Assembly: GCA_947589485.1 (NCBI GenBank)
Contig: CANQBK010000001.1
Span: 20,254-84,253, forward strand
Reading direction: 5' to 3'
Length of the DNA stretch: 64,000 nt
From: an uncultured Clostridia bacterium
GTDB lineage: Bacteria > Bacillota > Clostridia > Oscillospirales > Acutalibacteraceae
A program made the translations under genes and the position numbers. Shown here piece by piece: positions 40,569-49,307 of the stretch; positions within the stretch are counted from its first letter, which is position 1, and the number at the start of each line of letters is the position of its first letter. The notes under the pieces are model-generated. The model was not told where the DNA came from, searched no databases, and saw only the letters and a list, made by a program, of their open reading frames with translations.

Positions 40569-41671
40569 TCATTTCCCTCCGAGGTTTTTGAATTATTCTT
40601 CACACATCTCTTGACTTCTTCTATTTTTTCCTGTGCCGAACCGTCAAGTCTGCTTTTCCAAAACGGCATATACATAAGTCCTGCCATTGTTCCGAATCCG
40701 TATACAAAATGCAGCATAAAAAAAACAAAGGGAAGCAAAAGCAGCCATAAACTTTTTTTGGACGGTATTACCGCCGTAACGGTCATAATAATATCTGCCG
40801 CCGCATACAGAACGGCAAGTGCTATAAGAGGAAAAAACAAATGAACCATACCCGTCAAAAGCCCTGTTATACCCAGTAATACGAAAAGCACAAGCGCAAA
40901 CACAAAACAAAACGGCACAAAGTGAAACACGGAAAGACATTTTGGACATACGCCCAACGTCATTCCTATCCATTTGCCGTTTCCGTATTTTTGTTTGAGC
41001 ATAGACGACAGAGTTCCCCTAATATGCTGATAAGATATAATTTTGTTTCCCTGACATATTTTATACCCTGCCTGCCTTACACGAAAATGGAACTCGTTAT
41101 CTTCCGTTCTGCCCAAATCCTCATTAAAGCCTCCGACTTTTTCAAAAACCTCTCGTCTGTATGCTCCGTGAAAAACGGACGAAACATATTTTTTATCTTC
41201 TGCGGTTTTCCGTCTGTAACCTGCGAATGAACTGCCGAACATTGAGTTTTCCGCAAGAAAAAGCATTTCCTTAAAAGGCGTCGGATCGTTTATTTTATTC
41301 GGGCGTGCACCTCCGCAGACATATTCCCCGCTCTTTATCAGCTTTACGTTTTCCGAAATAAAGTCAGGGGGTATTTCCGCATGGGCATCGACGCGTATAA
41401 TAATTTCGCCCGAAGCGCTGCTTACGGCTTTGTTCCACCCTGCCGCCTGACTGCGATTTTGGTTTGAAAGAACCTTGACGTCAATATAACCGTTTTTGTT
41501 ATCCTCGGCAAAATCGAGGAATATTTGCTTTGTGGCGTCGTCCGACTTGCTGTCAACAAGCACTATCTCCGTTTTGTTATGAGGGTAAGTCTGAGCCTTG
41601 ACCTGAGCCAAAAGCTCACCTGCCACCTTTTCTTCATTATAGGCAATTATGCAAAGTGAAACCGTCATCAA
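40565..41671 (-). CDS. Family-2 glycosyltransferase with a C-terminal membrane domain
   Basis: 368 aa with VSLCIIAYNEE, VLVDSKSDD and RVDAH motifs. About 4 C-terminal TM helices follow. Confidence 0.8.
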   Translation of the reverse strand: MMTVSLCIIAYNEEKVAGELLAQVKAQTYPHNKTEIVLVDSKSDDATKQIFLDFAEDNKNGYIDVKVLSNQNRSQAAGWNKAVSSASGEIIIRVDAHAEIPPDFISENVKLIKSGEYVCGGARPNKINDPTPFKEMLFLAENSMFGSSFAGYRRKTAEDKKYVSSVFHGAYRREVFEKVGGFNEDLGRTEDNEFHFRVRQAGYKICQGNKIISYQHIRGTLSSMLKQKYGNGKWIGMTLGVCPKCLSVFHFVPFCFVFALVLFVLLGITGLLTGMVHLFFPLIALAVLYAAADIIMTVTAVIPSKKSLWLLLLPFVFFMLHFVYGFGTMAGLMYMPFWKSRLDGSAQEKIEEVKRCVKNNSKTSEGNE

Positions 41672-41701
41672 AACACAGTCCTATACATTTTATTCTGTAA
41701 T

Positions 41702-41730
41702 ATTATAATTACTTATCGTTTATTTGTCAA
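41702..41730 (-). promoter_or_regulatory. Consensus sigma-A promoter of the glycopolymer operon
   Basis: Minus strand reads TTGACA (41730-41725), a 17-nt spacer, then TATAAT (41707-41702). It lies about 30 nt upstream of the GT2 start. Confidence 0.6.
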
Positions 41731-41823
41731 TAAATTAACAATACTTTTAATGCCGTATATTTAAACTCGATTTTTATTTTACAATTTTACACGATATGTA
41801 TATTATTCCCCGCTGCCGTGTCT

Positions 41824-42480
41824 TTAGTTCTCCGAAACAATTTTATCATAAAGCTCCCGTACATTTCTTACGATTACGGATGCGCCGTTTTTTTTCAGGA
41901 ACTCCGTATCCCTAAATCCCCAGCTTACCGATATGCAGTCAGTGCAGGCATTTTTCGCCGTGAGTATGTCTATGTTGGAATCCCCTATATATACGGCGTT
42001 TTCGGGTGCGGTTTCAAATTGTGACAGTACCTCGTTTACGGAATCGGGTGCGGGCTTTCTCCGCACATTTGTCCTTTCACCGATACAGACGTCTATCAAC
42101 CCGTCAAAATATTTTTTGCACAGGGATTTTACCGCAAAATCCGCCTTGTTGGAAACAACTGCAATTTTTATTCCTTTGCTGCGCAGCTTTAAAAAAAGCT
42201 CGGTGATACCGTCGTATTCTTTTGTTGAATCGGCATTATGCTCTTTATAATACTCACAAAAATCCTCATACACGTTATTTATAAGAACATCGTCACTGTT
42301 GTTCGGCACGGACCTTTTAATAAGCGTCAGTATACCGTTGCCGACAAAATTTCTTATCTCATCTATCGACCTTTCGGGGCAATTATATTTCCCCAGAGAA
42401 TGGTTTACGCTGTCCGTAAGGTCTTTAAGAGTATCAAGTATCGTTCCGTCAAGGTCAAAAATCGCAAGCTGATATTTCAT
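41824..42480 (-). CDS. HAD-superfamily hydrolase (phosphoglycolate phosphatase/PpaX-like)
   Basis: Motifs FDLDGTILDT, VVSNK and IGDSNID. I chose the start at MKYQLAIFDLDG (ATG 42480, AAGGAG upstream). Confidence 0.8.
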   Translation of the reverse strand: MKYQLAIFDLDGTILDTLKDLTDSVNHSLGKYNCPERSIDEIRNFVGNGILTLIKRSVPNNSDDVLINNVYEDFCEYYKEHNADSTKEYDGITELFLKLRSKGIKIAVVSNKADFAVKSLCKKYFDGLIDVCIGERTNVRRKPAPDSVNEVLSQFETAPENAVYIGDSNIDILTAKNACTDCISVSWGFRDTEFLKKNGASVIVRNVRELYDKIVSEN

Positions 42481-42562
42481 TAAAATATACTCCTTATAAA
42501 TTCTATACATTATTTTTACGCCGCTTATTCAGCGAGCCGTAAAATTCCCCGTCATTATACTT

Positions 42563-42889
42563 TTATCCCGTTTCTTCAAATAAAAAAGTGTTCCCACATT
42601 CGCAGCAGCCGAAATGAGTATTAACATCTGCGGACAGAACCTCACACGCATTGCTTAAAATTTTGTTTGGTTCATTATTACCGCAAACCGTACAGCGTAT
42701 AACTTTACCGCACAGAAATGCACTGCCGTCCTTTATTGAAAAAGCATCGGTATTTGAATTTGAAAGAATTTTTTCGGCGTCGGTTATGTCAATATCTTCG
42801 CCGTAATCATCAAGTAAAGATACAACTTCGCCGTATGCGCCGAGTTTAACAGTTTCTTTTTTTATGTCAAATATATCCGTAAGAGTCAT
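42563..42889 (-). CDS. Hypothetical Cys-rich small protein
   Basis: 108-aa ORF with an acidic N-terminal half and a C-terminal cysteine pattern (C-x7-CTVC...C...CCEC). I recognise no family. Confidence 0.45.
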   Translation of the reverse strand: MTLTDIFDIKKETVKLGAYGEVVSLLDDYGEDIDITDAEKILSNSNTDAFSIKDGSAFLCGKVIRCTVCGNNEPNKILSNACEVLSADVNTHFGCCECGNTFLFEETG

Positions 42890-42919
42890 AAAATATCTCC
42901 GTCACTTTACAAAATCAGA

Positions 42920-43111
42920 TTATAAGAAACGATTCAGCTTTTCGTCATATTCAAAACCCGATGCCGACAATTTACTTATAATTTCAGCCTCATCTATATT
43001 TTTATCATCACACAAACTCCGCAAATTCGGGTAAAAATCTCTTAGCTGTGTGTTTAAATATGACATAAGCATAAACGGGTCATTAGGTATTGACACAATA
43101 AACCACCTCAT
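42920..43111 (-). CDS. DUF4250-domain protein
   Basis: PNDPFMLMSYLNTQLRDFYPNLRSLCDD...GFEYDEKLNRF matches my memory of the DUF4250 pattern. The real start may be GTG 43096, which has AGGTG 7 nt upstream. Confidence 0.65.
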   Translation of the reverse strand: MRWFIVSIPNDPFMLMSYLNTQLRDFYPNLRSLCDDKNIDEAEIISKLSASGFEYDEKLNRFL

Positions 43112-43300
43112 AAAGAATTATTATATTTATAATATAACAAAAAAGGAAAAAAGTTTCAAGCAGTAATAAAATCAATAAATACATCAGTACAGGTATTTGA
43201 CGTATTCACGCCGCCTACGCTTAACAGGGGCGTGAATCTCTTGTCAATCAGGCTAAATCCGACATAATCACGGAATACTCTCTCACATATTTTGAATTTT

Positions 43301-44479
43301 TCAAAATACACCTTTATCATTCATATATGCTTTAATACCTTTTTCCAAGCGGAACAATCCGTCCTCTAAAACAGAACGGGGACAAGCAATATTCATTCTC
43401 ATAAAATTTTTGCCGCAGGAACCGTATTGACTTCCGTTCGACAGATATAAACCCGTGTTTTTTCTGATATAACGTGCCGCATCGGCTGTCGAAGATTTTA
43501 TGCCGGAGCAGTCAAGCCATAACAGATAGGTTGCCTCGGAAGGTACGACATATATTTCAGGTAACCTTTCAGCAATAAATTTTTCGGTAATTTTCTTATT
43601 TTCAAAAATATAGCAGCGCAGTTCATCAAGCCATTCTCCGCCCTTTGTAAATGCGGAAATTGCCGCTTCTGCCGAAAATACATTAGGCTCCGCCGCCTCG
43701 TCGGTATTAAGCGCCCTCCAAACCTTATGACGCAGGTTTGCGTTCGGAACCATAACGGCGGCAGTTTGCAGACCTGCCAAATTAAATGCTTTTGACGGAG
43801 AAATACAGGTAATGCTGTTTTCCATACATTTTTCCGAAACAGATGCAAACGGAACATATTCCTTTGACGGGTCAGTCAAGTCACAATGTATTTCATCTGA
43901 AAGCACGATAACGTTATATTTTGAACAAAGCTCCCCTATTTGCTCAAGAGTATCTCTGTCCCAAATTTTCCCTATCGGATTATGCGGATTGCACAGTATC
44001 ATCATCGAGGTTTGAGGGTCGGACAATTTTCTTTCCAAATCTTCAAAATCAATTTCATATTTTCCCGAATTATATTTCAGTTCGCTTTCCAAAACCTGTC
44101 TGCCGTTATTTAAGATAGAGTTGAAAAAAATATTATACACGGGAGTTTGTACCAATACATTCTCCGCAGGCGTAGTCAGCTTACGGATAATGCAGGAAAT
44201 CGCAGGCACAACGCCTGTACAAAATACCAGCCAATCCCTCTTTAAGTAAAAACCGTGCCGTTTTCCCCACCAATCAGCATACGCTCCGTACCATTCATCG
44301 GGTACGACAGAATATCCGAAAACTCCGTGGGCGGCACGTTTTTCTATGTCGGCGCAAATTTCGGGCGCTGTTTTGAAATCCATATCCGCTACCCACATAG
44401 GAAGTTCTCCCTCGGAAACGTCCCATTTCAATGAATTTGTGTTCTTTCTGTCAATAGGTGTATCAAAATCATATTTCAT
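43301..44479 (-). CDS. MalY/PatB-family PLP-dependent C-S lyase (cystathionine beta-lyase-like)
   Basis: 392-aa class I/II aminotransferase fold. It has the N-terminus DRKNTNSLKWD, LCNPHNPIG and the PLP-lysine region SPSKAFNLAG. Confidence 0.8.
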   Translation of the reverse strand: MKYDFDTPIDRKNTNSLKWDVSEGELPMWVADMDFKTAPEICADIEKRAAHGVFGYSVVPDEWYGAYADWWGKRHGFYLKRDWLVFCTGVVPAISCIIRKLTTPAENVLVQTPVYNIFFNSILNNGRQVLESELKYNSGKYEIDFEDLERKLSDPQTSMMILCNPHNPIGKIWDRDTLEQIGELCSKYNVIVLSDEIHCDLTDPSKEYVPFASVSEKCMENSITCISPSKAFNLAGLQTAAVMVPNANLRHKVWRALNTDEAAEPNVFSAEAAISAFTKGGEWLDELRCYIFENKKITEKFIAERLPEIYVVPSEATYLLWLDCSGIKSSTADAARYIRKNTGLYLSNGSQYGSCGKNFMRMNIACPRSVLEDGLFRLEKGIKAYMNDKGVF

Positions 44480-44492
44480 AATATATACCTCA

Positions 44493-45044
44493 TCAGTCCG
44501 TAAAGGTCACATATACATTATCATTGCCCAATGCCTCCGCAAGCCCGTTTGGGTCGTCTATATTTCCTATCGGTGTATAACTGTATTGCGAAGTGAACGA
44601 TTTATAAAAAATCACAAGGCAGTTATCTTCGTACAGCATTATATCGCCCGATTTAATTTGGGTAGGTACAGATGGAGCAGCAGGCAAAGAATCTTCAAGA
44701 TAAAAATATTTTTCATTCCCGTTAAGTTCACTCATATTCAACGTCAGCGGCAGCATTTCAGCAAAAGCCTCCGCTGTTTTGTTGTCAAAAAGCTCAGCCG
44801 AAAAGGTCTTATCCCCAATTGAAATTTTTATGCTTTTCATATTGTTTTTCTCTCCGTTATCATAAATTTCCGAGTCATTTGAACTGTTACTGTTTGACCG
44901 CTGTTCAGTTTCATTCCGTGACGTTTGAACCGATTGTTCGCCGACAGAATTGTATGAGCTTTGCCGATTTTCCGTATTGCTTGAGCAGGCAGACGTCAAA
45001 AGCAAAGCGGAAACAATAAATATAATTATTGATACTTTTTTCAT
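44493..45044 (-). CDS. Lipoprotein with a cyclophilin-like domain
   Basis: Signal peptide with a lipobox (LLLTSAC), a Ser/Asn-rich linker, then a cyclophilin-like-fold pattern (FSAELFDNKTAEAF...GDIMLYEDNCLVIFYKSF). Confidence 0.6.
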   Translation of the reverse strand: MKKVSIIIFIVSALLLTSACSSNTENRQSSYNSVGEQSVQTSRNETEQRSNSNSSNDSEIYDNGEKNNMKSIKISIGDKTFSAELFDNKTAEAFAEMLPLTLNMSELNGNEKYFYLEDSLPAAPSVPTQIKSGDIMLYEDNCLVIFYKSFTSQYSYTPIGNIDDPNGLAEALGNDNVYVTFTD

Positions 45045-45101
45045 ATAATCAAGTCCTTTAACAACGCTTTATGCAAAAATAAATTACAGGTAACGGTCTT
45101 T

Positions 45102-45956
45102 TTATTTCTTGTCATTATAAATTATTTTAGTTTTTGTCGGGTCTACCTTATCTTTTTCGATTATAAGCTCCGTTATTCCGTCCGCCCTGATAACTCCCTC
45201 TGAGGGATTTAATACACTGTCGATTTTTCCCGTTATATCCGCATATACAGAGGAATATTCAAACGCAAGTGAAGTATTTATCAGCTTACAGTTTTTCATT
45301 ACAAGGTTGTCTATGTAACACATACCTTGGTGACTTTCAATCGTACAGTCAACAAGCGTAAGGTTTTTTGCGTTCCAGCCGAGATATTCGCCGGAAATAA
45401 ACGAATTGTATACGGTAATGTTTTCACTGTTCCAAAACGCATCTTTTGACAGTAAATGCGAATCATAAATTTCAACGTTTTTTGCACCGTCAAACGAGTA
45501 ATTCCCGTACAGCGTCAAATTTCGGATTTTCATATTTTCGCTGTTCATAGCAAAATAATCACCTTTTGCCGTTATTCGGTCAATGTATACTTCATTGCAG
45601 TTCCATAATGTTTCCTCGGCATTTGGGAACGACACGTTTTTTAACGTCAGGTTTCGGCAGCGTCTAAAGTTTTTTGGTGATTCGACCGCAGTATCTTCAA
45701 ATGTAATATTTTTACTGTACCATATACCGGCACGTCCGTTTTCAAACAAAGTACAGCGCCTGACAACAATATTGTTTGAATACCAAATGGGATATTTCCA
45801 TTTAAACATACATTCGGACAGTTCAATATTGCTGCTTTCTTTCAAAGGAGATTCACCATCGGCAAAAACAGTATCAACAATACGGAGATTCTTTCCTTGA
45901 AAAAGCGCTCTTTCCCCGCTAAAGTATGCCTGACGGTACTCTTTGATTTCATTCAT
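45102..45956 (-). CDS. DUF3737-family protein (predicted beta-helix)
   Basis: 284 aa. FSGERALFQGKNL...ADGESPLKESSNIEL...FKWKYPIWY and the repeated ~22-aa beta-helix-like units match my memory of DUF3737. Confidence 0.7.
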   Translation of the reverse strand: MNEIKEYRQAYFSGERALFQGKNLRIVDTVFADGESPLKESSNIELSECMFKWKYPIWYSNNIVVRRCTLFENGRAGIWYSKNITFEDTAVESPKNFRRCRNLTLKNVSFPNAEETLWNCNEVYIDRITAKGDYFAMNSENMKIRNLTLYGNYSFDGAKNVEIYDSHLLSKDAFWNSENITVYNSFISGEYLGWNAKNLTLVDCTIESHQGMCYIDNLVMKNCKLINTSLAFEYSSVYADITGKIDSVLNPSEGVIRADGITELIIEKDKVDPTKTKIIYNDKK

Positions 45957-46011
45957 TTTTATATTCCCCTATCATAACCATAAGTTTTATAATTATTTAA
46001 TTTCCATAAAA

Positions 46012-46596
46012 TCAATATTCTCTGTATAAAGAGATTACCTTGCCGAGTATGCGTAAATCATCGGTAATTATAGGCTCAAAATCCTTGTTGTGCGGCTGAA
46101 GCCGATAATATCCGTCCTCTTTATAAAAGCTCTTTACCGTTGCCTCGTCACCGATAAGTGCGACAACTATATCTCCGTTTTCGGCGGTTTCGGTTTTTAC
46201 GCAAATAACCGTGTCGTTGTCATAAATGCCTATGTCACGCATACTTTCGCCCTTAACCCTCAAAGCAAACAGTTCACGTCCTGCCGATTTTTTTTTGGGA
46301 AACGGAACATACCCCTCTATATCCTCAAAAGCATATATGGGCAGTCCTGCTGTAACTTTTCCTATAATCGGTACAAAAACAGTCGGCTCACTCTCTGCGA
46401 GCTTTAAGGAACGGTGTCCGTGCTGTCTTACAAGGTAACCTCGTTCCTCAAGGGTTTTGATGTGGGCGTGGACCGTAGATGTGGATTTTAATCCAGTTGC
46501 AGTACAAATTTCCCTTACCGTGGGCGACAAACCGTTATTTATAGATTCGCGCAAATAATCAAGAACCTTTCTTTGACTTTCGCTTAATTTTTTCAC
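46012..46596 (-). CDS. lexA: LexA repressor
   Basis: Winged-helix N-terminus, an AG cleavage site (KVTAGLP) and the Ser/Lys dyad (GESM...VKSF). I chose GTG 46596 (AGGTGA 5 nt upstream); the ORF track starts at GTG 46605. Confidence 0.9.
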   Translation of the reverse strand: MKKLSESQRKVLDYLRESINNGLSPTVREICTATGLKSTSTVHAHIKTLEERGYLVRQHGHRSLKLAESEPTVFVPIIGKVTAGLPIYAFEDIEGYVPFPKKKSAGRELFALRVKGESMRDIGIYDNDTVICVKTETAENGDIVVALIGDEATVKSFYKEDGYYRLQPHNKDFEPIITDDLRILGKVISLYREY

Positions 46597-46635
46597 ATTT
46601 ATCACCTACAACTTTATTATAATTATAATAATATT

Positions 46636-46664
46636 ATTATAACACACTGTTCCATCAAATACAA
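46636..46664 (-). promoter_or_regulatory. Candidate lexA promoter
   Basis: Minus strand reads TTGTAT (46664-46659), a 17-nt spacer, then TGTTATAAT (extended -10; TATAAT at 46641-46636). Confidence 0.45.
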
Positions 46665-46674
46665 ACATTTGTTT
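46663..46674. promoter_or_regulatory. Candidate LexA operator (Cheo/SOS box variant)
   Basis: Minus strand reads AAACAAATGTTT, which matches GAAC-RNRY-GTTY at 11 of 12 positions. It overlaps the putative lexA -35, consistent with autoregulation. Confidence 0.45.
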
Positions 46675-46731
46675 TATTTTTTTAAATATATTTATCCGAC
46701 CAAATATGACGAATTACCCGTCAGGCTTTTA

Positions 46732-46760
46732 TTGATTTATCTACCGATTTATGTTATAGT
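46732..46760 (+). promoter_or_regulatory. Candidate promoter of the plus-strand amidohydrolase gene
   Basis: Plus strand reads TTGATT-N17-TATAGT, about 85 nt upstream of ATG 46846. Confidence 0.4.
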
Positions 46761-46845
46761 AGGAATAAAGAGGTGAAGAGCAATAAACAAAACCTATAAA
46801 TCAAGAATATGCACGACCAAAAACGAAAAATAAAGGAGGAACCGT

Positions 46846-47679
46846 ATGTTTGCGATAGATTGTCATTGTCATATATACAATCACGAGATTGCGCCCCGCG
46901 CTGTTTCAAATGTGGGACAATTTTATAATATCAATATGAATTGCGGAGGGACAGCGGAAGAGCTTACGGAGATGTCAAAAATATCACCTATTAAAAAGTT
47001 TGTGGTCAACGCCGTGGCGCTTACCCCAAAACCCGTATATAAACTGAATGAATATATTGCCGCCGAATGTAAAAAACACAATGAATTTATCGGGGTCGGC
47101 ACTCTCCACCCCGATATGGAAAATATGGAGGAAGAAGTTGAACACATAATATCACTTGGACTGCACGGAGTAAAACTGCACCCCGACACACAGCATTTCA
47201 ATACGGACAGCGACAAGGCAATGAAGCTGTACGAATGTATTGAAAACAGACTGCCGCTTTTAATACATTGCGGGGATTACAGATATGATTATTCACACCC
47301 GCGCAGGCTCGCAAAAGTTCTTGACAGCTTTAAAAATCTTACGGTCGTCGCAGCACATTTAGGCGGGTGGTCAATATTTGAGCAGGCGGTGCCGTATTTA
47401 AAAAAACGCAGATGTTATATGGATATATCAAGTTCTATGCCGTTTATCGGAATTAAACGGGTATCTGAATATATCAAGATATACGGCGCCGACAGACTTA
47501 TGTTCGGCTCCGACTTTCCTATGTGGAACCCCGTAAGCGAATACGAAAATTTTATGAAAATCAAAATGGCAAGAAATGAACGTGAAAAAATACTTTGGAA
47601 AAACGCCGCCAAAGTATTTAATATTGATTGTTCGGATTATGTACTGCAAAAAAAAGTTTTACAAATACAATCTGTTTAA
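46846..47679 (+). CDS. Amidohydrolase-2 family (TIM-barrel metal-dependent hydrolase)
   Basis: 277 aa with an N-terminal DCHCH metal motif, VKLHPD and a C-terminal FGSDFP. A strong RBS (AAAGGAGGA) precedes it. It is the only plus-strand gene in the window. Confidence 0.8.
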   Translation: MFAIDCHCHIYNHEIAPRAVSNVGQFYNINMNCGGTAEELTEMSKISPIKKFVVNAVALTPKPVYKLNEYIAAECKKHNEFIGVGTLHPDMENMEEEVEHIISLGLHGVKLHPDTQHFNTDSDKAMKLYECIENRLPLLIHCGDYRYDYSHPRRLAKVLDSFKNLTVVAAHLGGWSIFEQAVPYLKKRRCYMDISSSMPFIGIKRVSEYIKIYGADRLMFGSDFPMWNPVSEYENFMKIKMARNEREKILWKNAAKVFNIDCSDYVLQKKVLQIQSV

Positions 47680-47684
47680 AATTC

Positions 47685-47723
47685 GACCCCCGTACCGACA
47701 AATTTTCAGTCGGTGCGGGGGTC
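47685..47723. terminator. Bidirectional terminator between the convergent amidohydrolase and metK genes
   Basis: A 15-bp stem GACCCCCGTACCGAC/GTCGGTGCGGGGGTC (one G-U pair) with a 9-nt loop. A/T-rich sequence flanks it on both sides. Confidence 0.75.
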
Positions 47724-47823
47724 AAATTCAATAAGCCCCGATAAAATCTTTTATCGGAAATAACCGCAGGATACCCGAGGATTTCAGTAAATCCTATAAG
47801 GACTTTTGAAACAGCGAAAAATT

Positions 47824-49008
47824 TTATTTTCCGACAGCTCTCAAAAGCTCCTCGGTTTTGTCTGTTTTTTCCCAAGCAACTCTAAGGTCCTCACGTCCCA
47901 TATGACCGTATGCGGCAAGCTTTCTGTAAATGGGCAGTACCAAATGGAGCCTTTCTATTATTGACGCAGGTCTTAAATCAAACACTTTTGTAACAGCCGA
48001 AACCAACGCTTCGTCGCTTACCGTACCCGTGCCAAATGTATCCACCATAATTGATACCGGCTTTGCAACGCCTATTGCATACGAAAGCTGAATTTCACAC
48101 TTTTTCGCCAAACCTGCCGCAACAATATTTTTTGCTACATAACGCGCCGCGTATGCTGCACTTCTGTCAACCTTTGTCGGATCCTTTCCCGAAAATGCTC
48201 CGCCGCCGTGACGGGAATAGCCTCCGTATGTATCGACAATAATTTTTCTGCCCGTCAATCCCGTGTCCGCAACAGGTCCTCCTATAACGAACCTGCCTGT
48301 GGGGTTGACAAGTATCCTGGTATTTTCGTCTATCATTTCGAGCGGAACCGTGGCTTCAATAACATTATCAATCAAATCGGCGCGTATTTTATCAAGCGTG
48401 ACATTTTCGCAGTGCTGTGTTGAAATTAAAATCGTATCCAGTCTGACAGGTTTGTCGTCCTCATATTCGACCGTTACTTGTGTTTTTCCGTCCGGACGCA
48501 AATACGGCAGAGTACCGTTTTTTCTTACCTCTGCAAGACGTTTTGCCAGTTTGTTTGCAAGTGAAATCGGCAAAGGCATAAGTTCGGGTGTTTCGTCACA
48601 AGCATAGCCGAACATAATACCTTGATCTCCGGCTCCGACACGGTTCATTACATCGGAATCCCCGTCACGAAACTCATACGAAGAGTTTACACCTCTTGAA
48701 ATATCGGGTGACTGCGAATTTATGGACGAAATTACGGCGCATGTATTTCCGTTAAATCCACATTCGGGGTTATTGTAGCCGACTGAATTTACAACATATC
48801 TTGTAATTTTATCAATATCAACGTAGCAATTCGTGTTGATTTCACCCATAACATGAATAAGACCGGTAGTTGCCGTAACCTCACACGCAACATGGGCGTT
48901 CTGATCTTTTTTTAATATGGCATCAAGTATTGCATCAGAAATTTGGTCGCATAGTTTATCGGGATGCCCCTCGGTAACCGATTCCGACGTAAAAAGAAAA
49001 TTCGACAT
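47824..49008 (-). CDS. metK: S-adenosylmethionine synthase
   Basis: [18 protein letters not shown]..., GAGDQG and GGGAFSGKD motifs. I chose ATG 49008 (AGGAAG RBS). The longer ORF-track version runs into the riboswitch. Confidence 0.95.
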   Translation of the reverse strand: MSNFLFTSESVTEGHPDKLCDQISDAILDAILKKDQNAHVACEVTATTGLIHVMGEINTNCYVDIDKITRYVVNSVGYNNPECGFNGNTCAVISSINSQSPDISRGVNSSYEFRDGDSDVMNRVGAGDQGIMFGYACDETPELMPLPISLANKLAKRLAEVRKNGTLPYLRPDGKTQVTVEYEDDKPVRLDTILISTQHCENVTLDKIRADLIDNVIEATVPLEMIDENTRILVNPTGRFVIGGPVADTGLTGRKIIVDTYGGYSRHGGGAFSGKDPTKVDRSAAYAARYVAKNIVAAGLAKKCEIQLSYAIGVAKPVSIMVDTFGTGTVSDEALVSAVTKVFDLRPASIIERLHLVLPIYRKLAAYGHMGREDLRVAWEKTDKTEELLRAVGK

Positions 49009-49033
49009 TTGTTTTCTTCCTTTCTTTGATTTA

Positions 49034-49172
49034 CCCGAAAAAAGCCGCTCGGCTTTACCGAACAGCTTAAACAGAATCTCATCTTTCGGCTCAGCCGCAG
49101 GATTTGGCACCTTGCACATTCGGCAGGTTGTCGGACGTCATAGGGCCTGTTCCCTCGGTCACTCCGGATAAG
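49034..49172 (-). promoter_or_regulatory. SAM-I (S-box) riboswitch with an intrinsic terminator
   Basis: Minus strand reads CUUAUCCGGAGUGACCGAGGGAACAGGCCCUAUGACGUCCGACAACC...AAGGUGCCAAAUCCUGCGG...AAAGAUGAG. This carries the conserved S-box blocks, with P1 as CUUAUC/GAUGAG. A terminator AAGCCGAGCGGCUUUUUU follows at 49034-49057. Confidence 0.85.
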
Positions 49173-49194
49173 TTATATATAAAATTGCTTTTTC

Positions 49195-49223
49195 ATTATA
49201 TCACCGCAGAAAACGTCTGTCAA
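49195..49223 (-). promoter_or_regulatory. Consensus sigma-A promoter of the S-box-metK unit
   Basis: Minus strand reads TTGACA (49223-49218), a 17-nt spacer, then TATAAT (49200-49195). It lies about 20 nt upstream of the riboswitch P1. Confidence 0.6.
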
Positions 49224-49307
49224 CGACAAAATATTACCTTACGGCGGATTTTACGACAAAATAAACGGAAAAATTAAATATGCCTGTTATATGTCACCTT
49301 TCATTAA

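Noticed and set aside
47618-47875. An 85-aa minus-strand ORF downstream of metK
   Set aside because: It spans the bidirectional terminator hairpin (47685-47723) and overlaps both the metK 3' end and the 3' end of the convergent amidohydrolase gene. It has no RBS.
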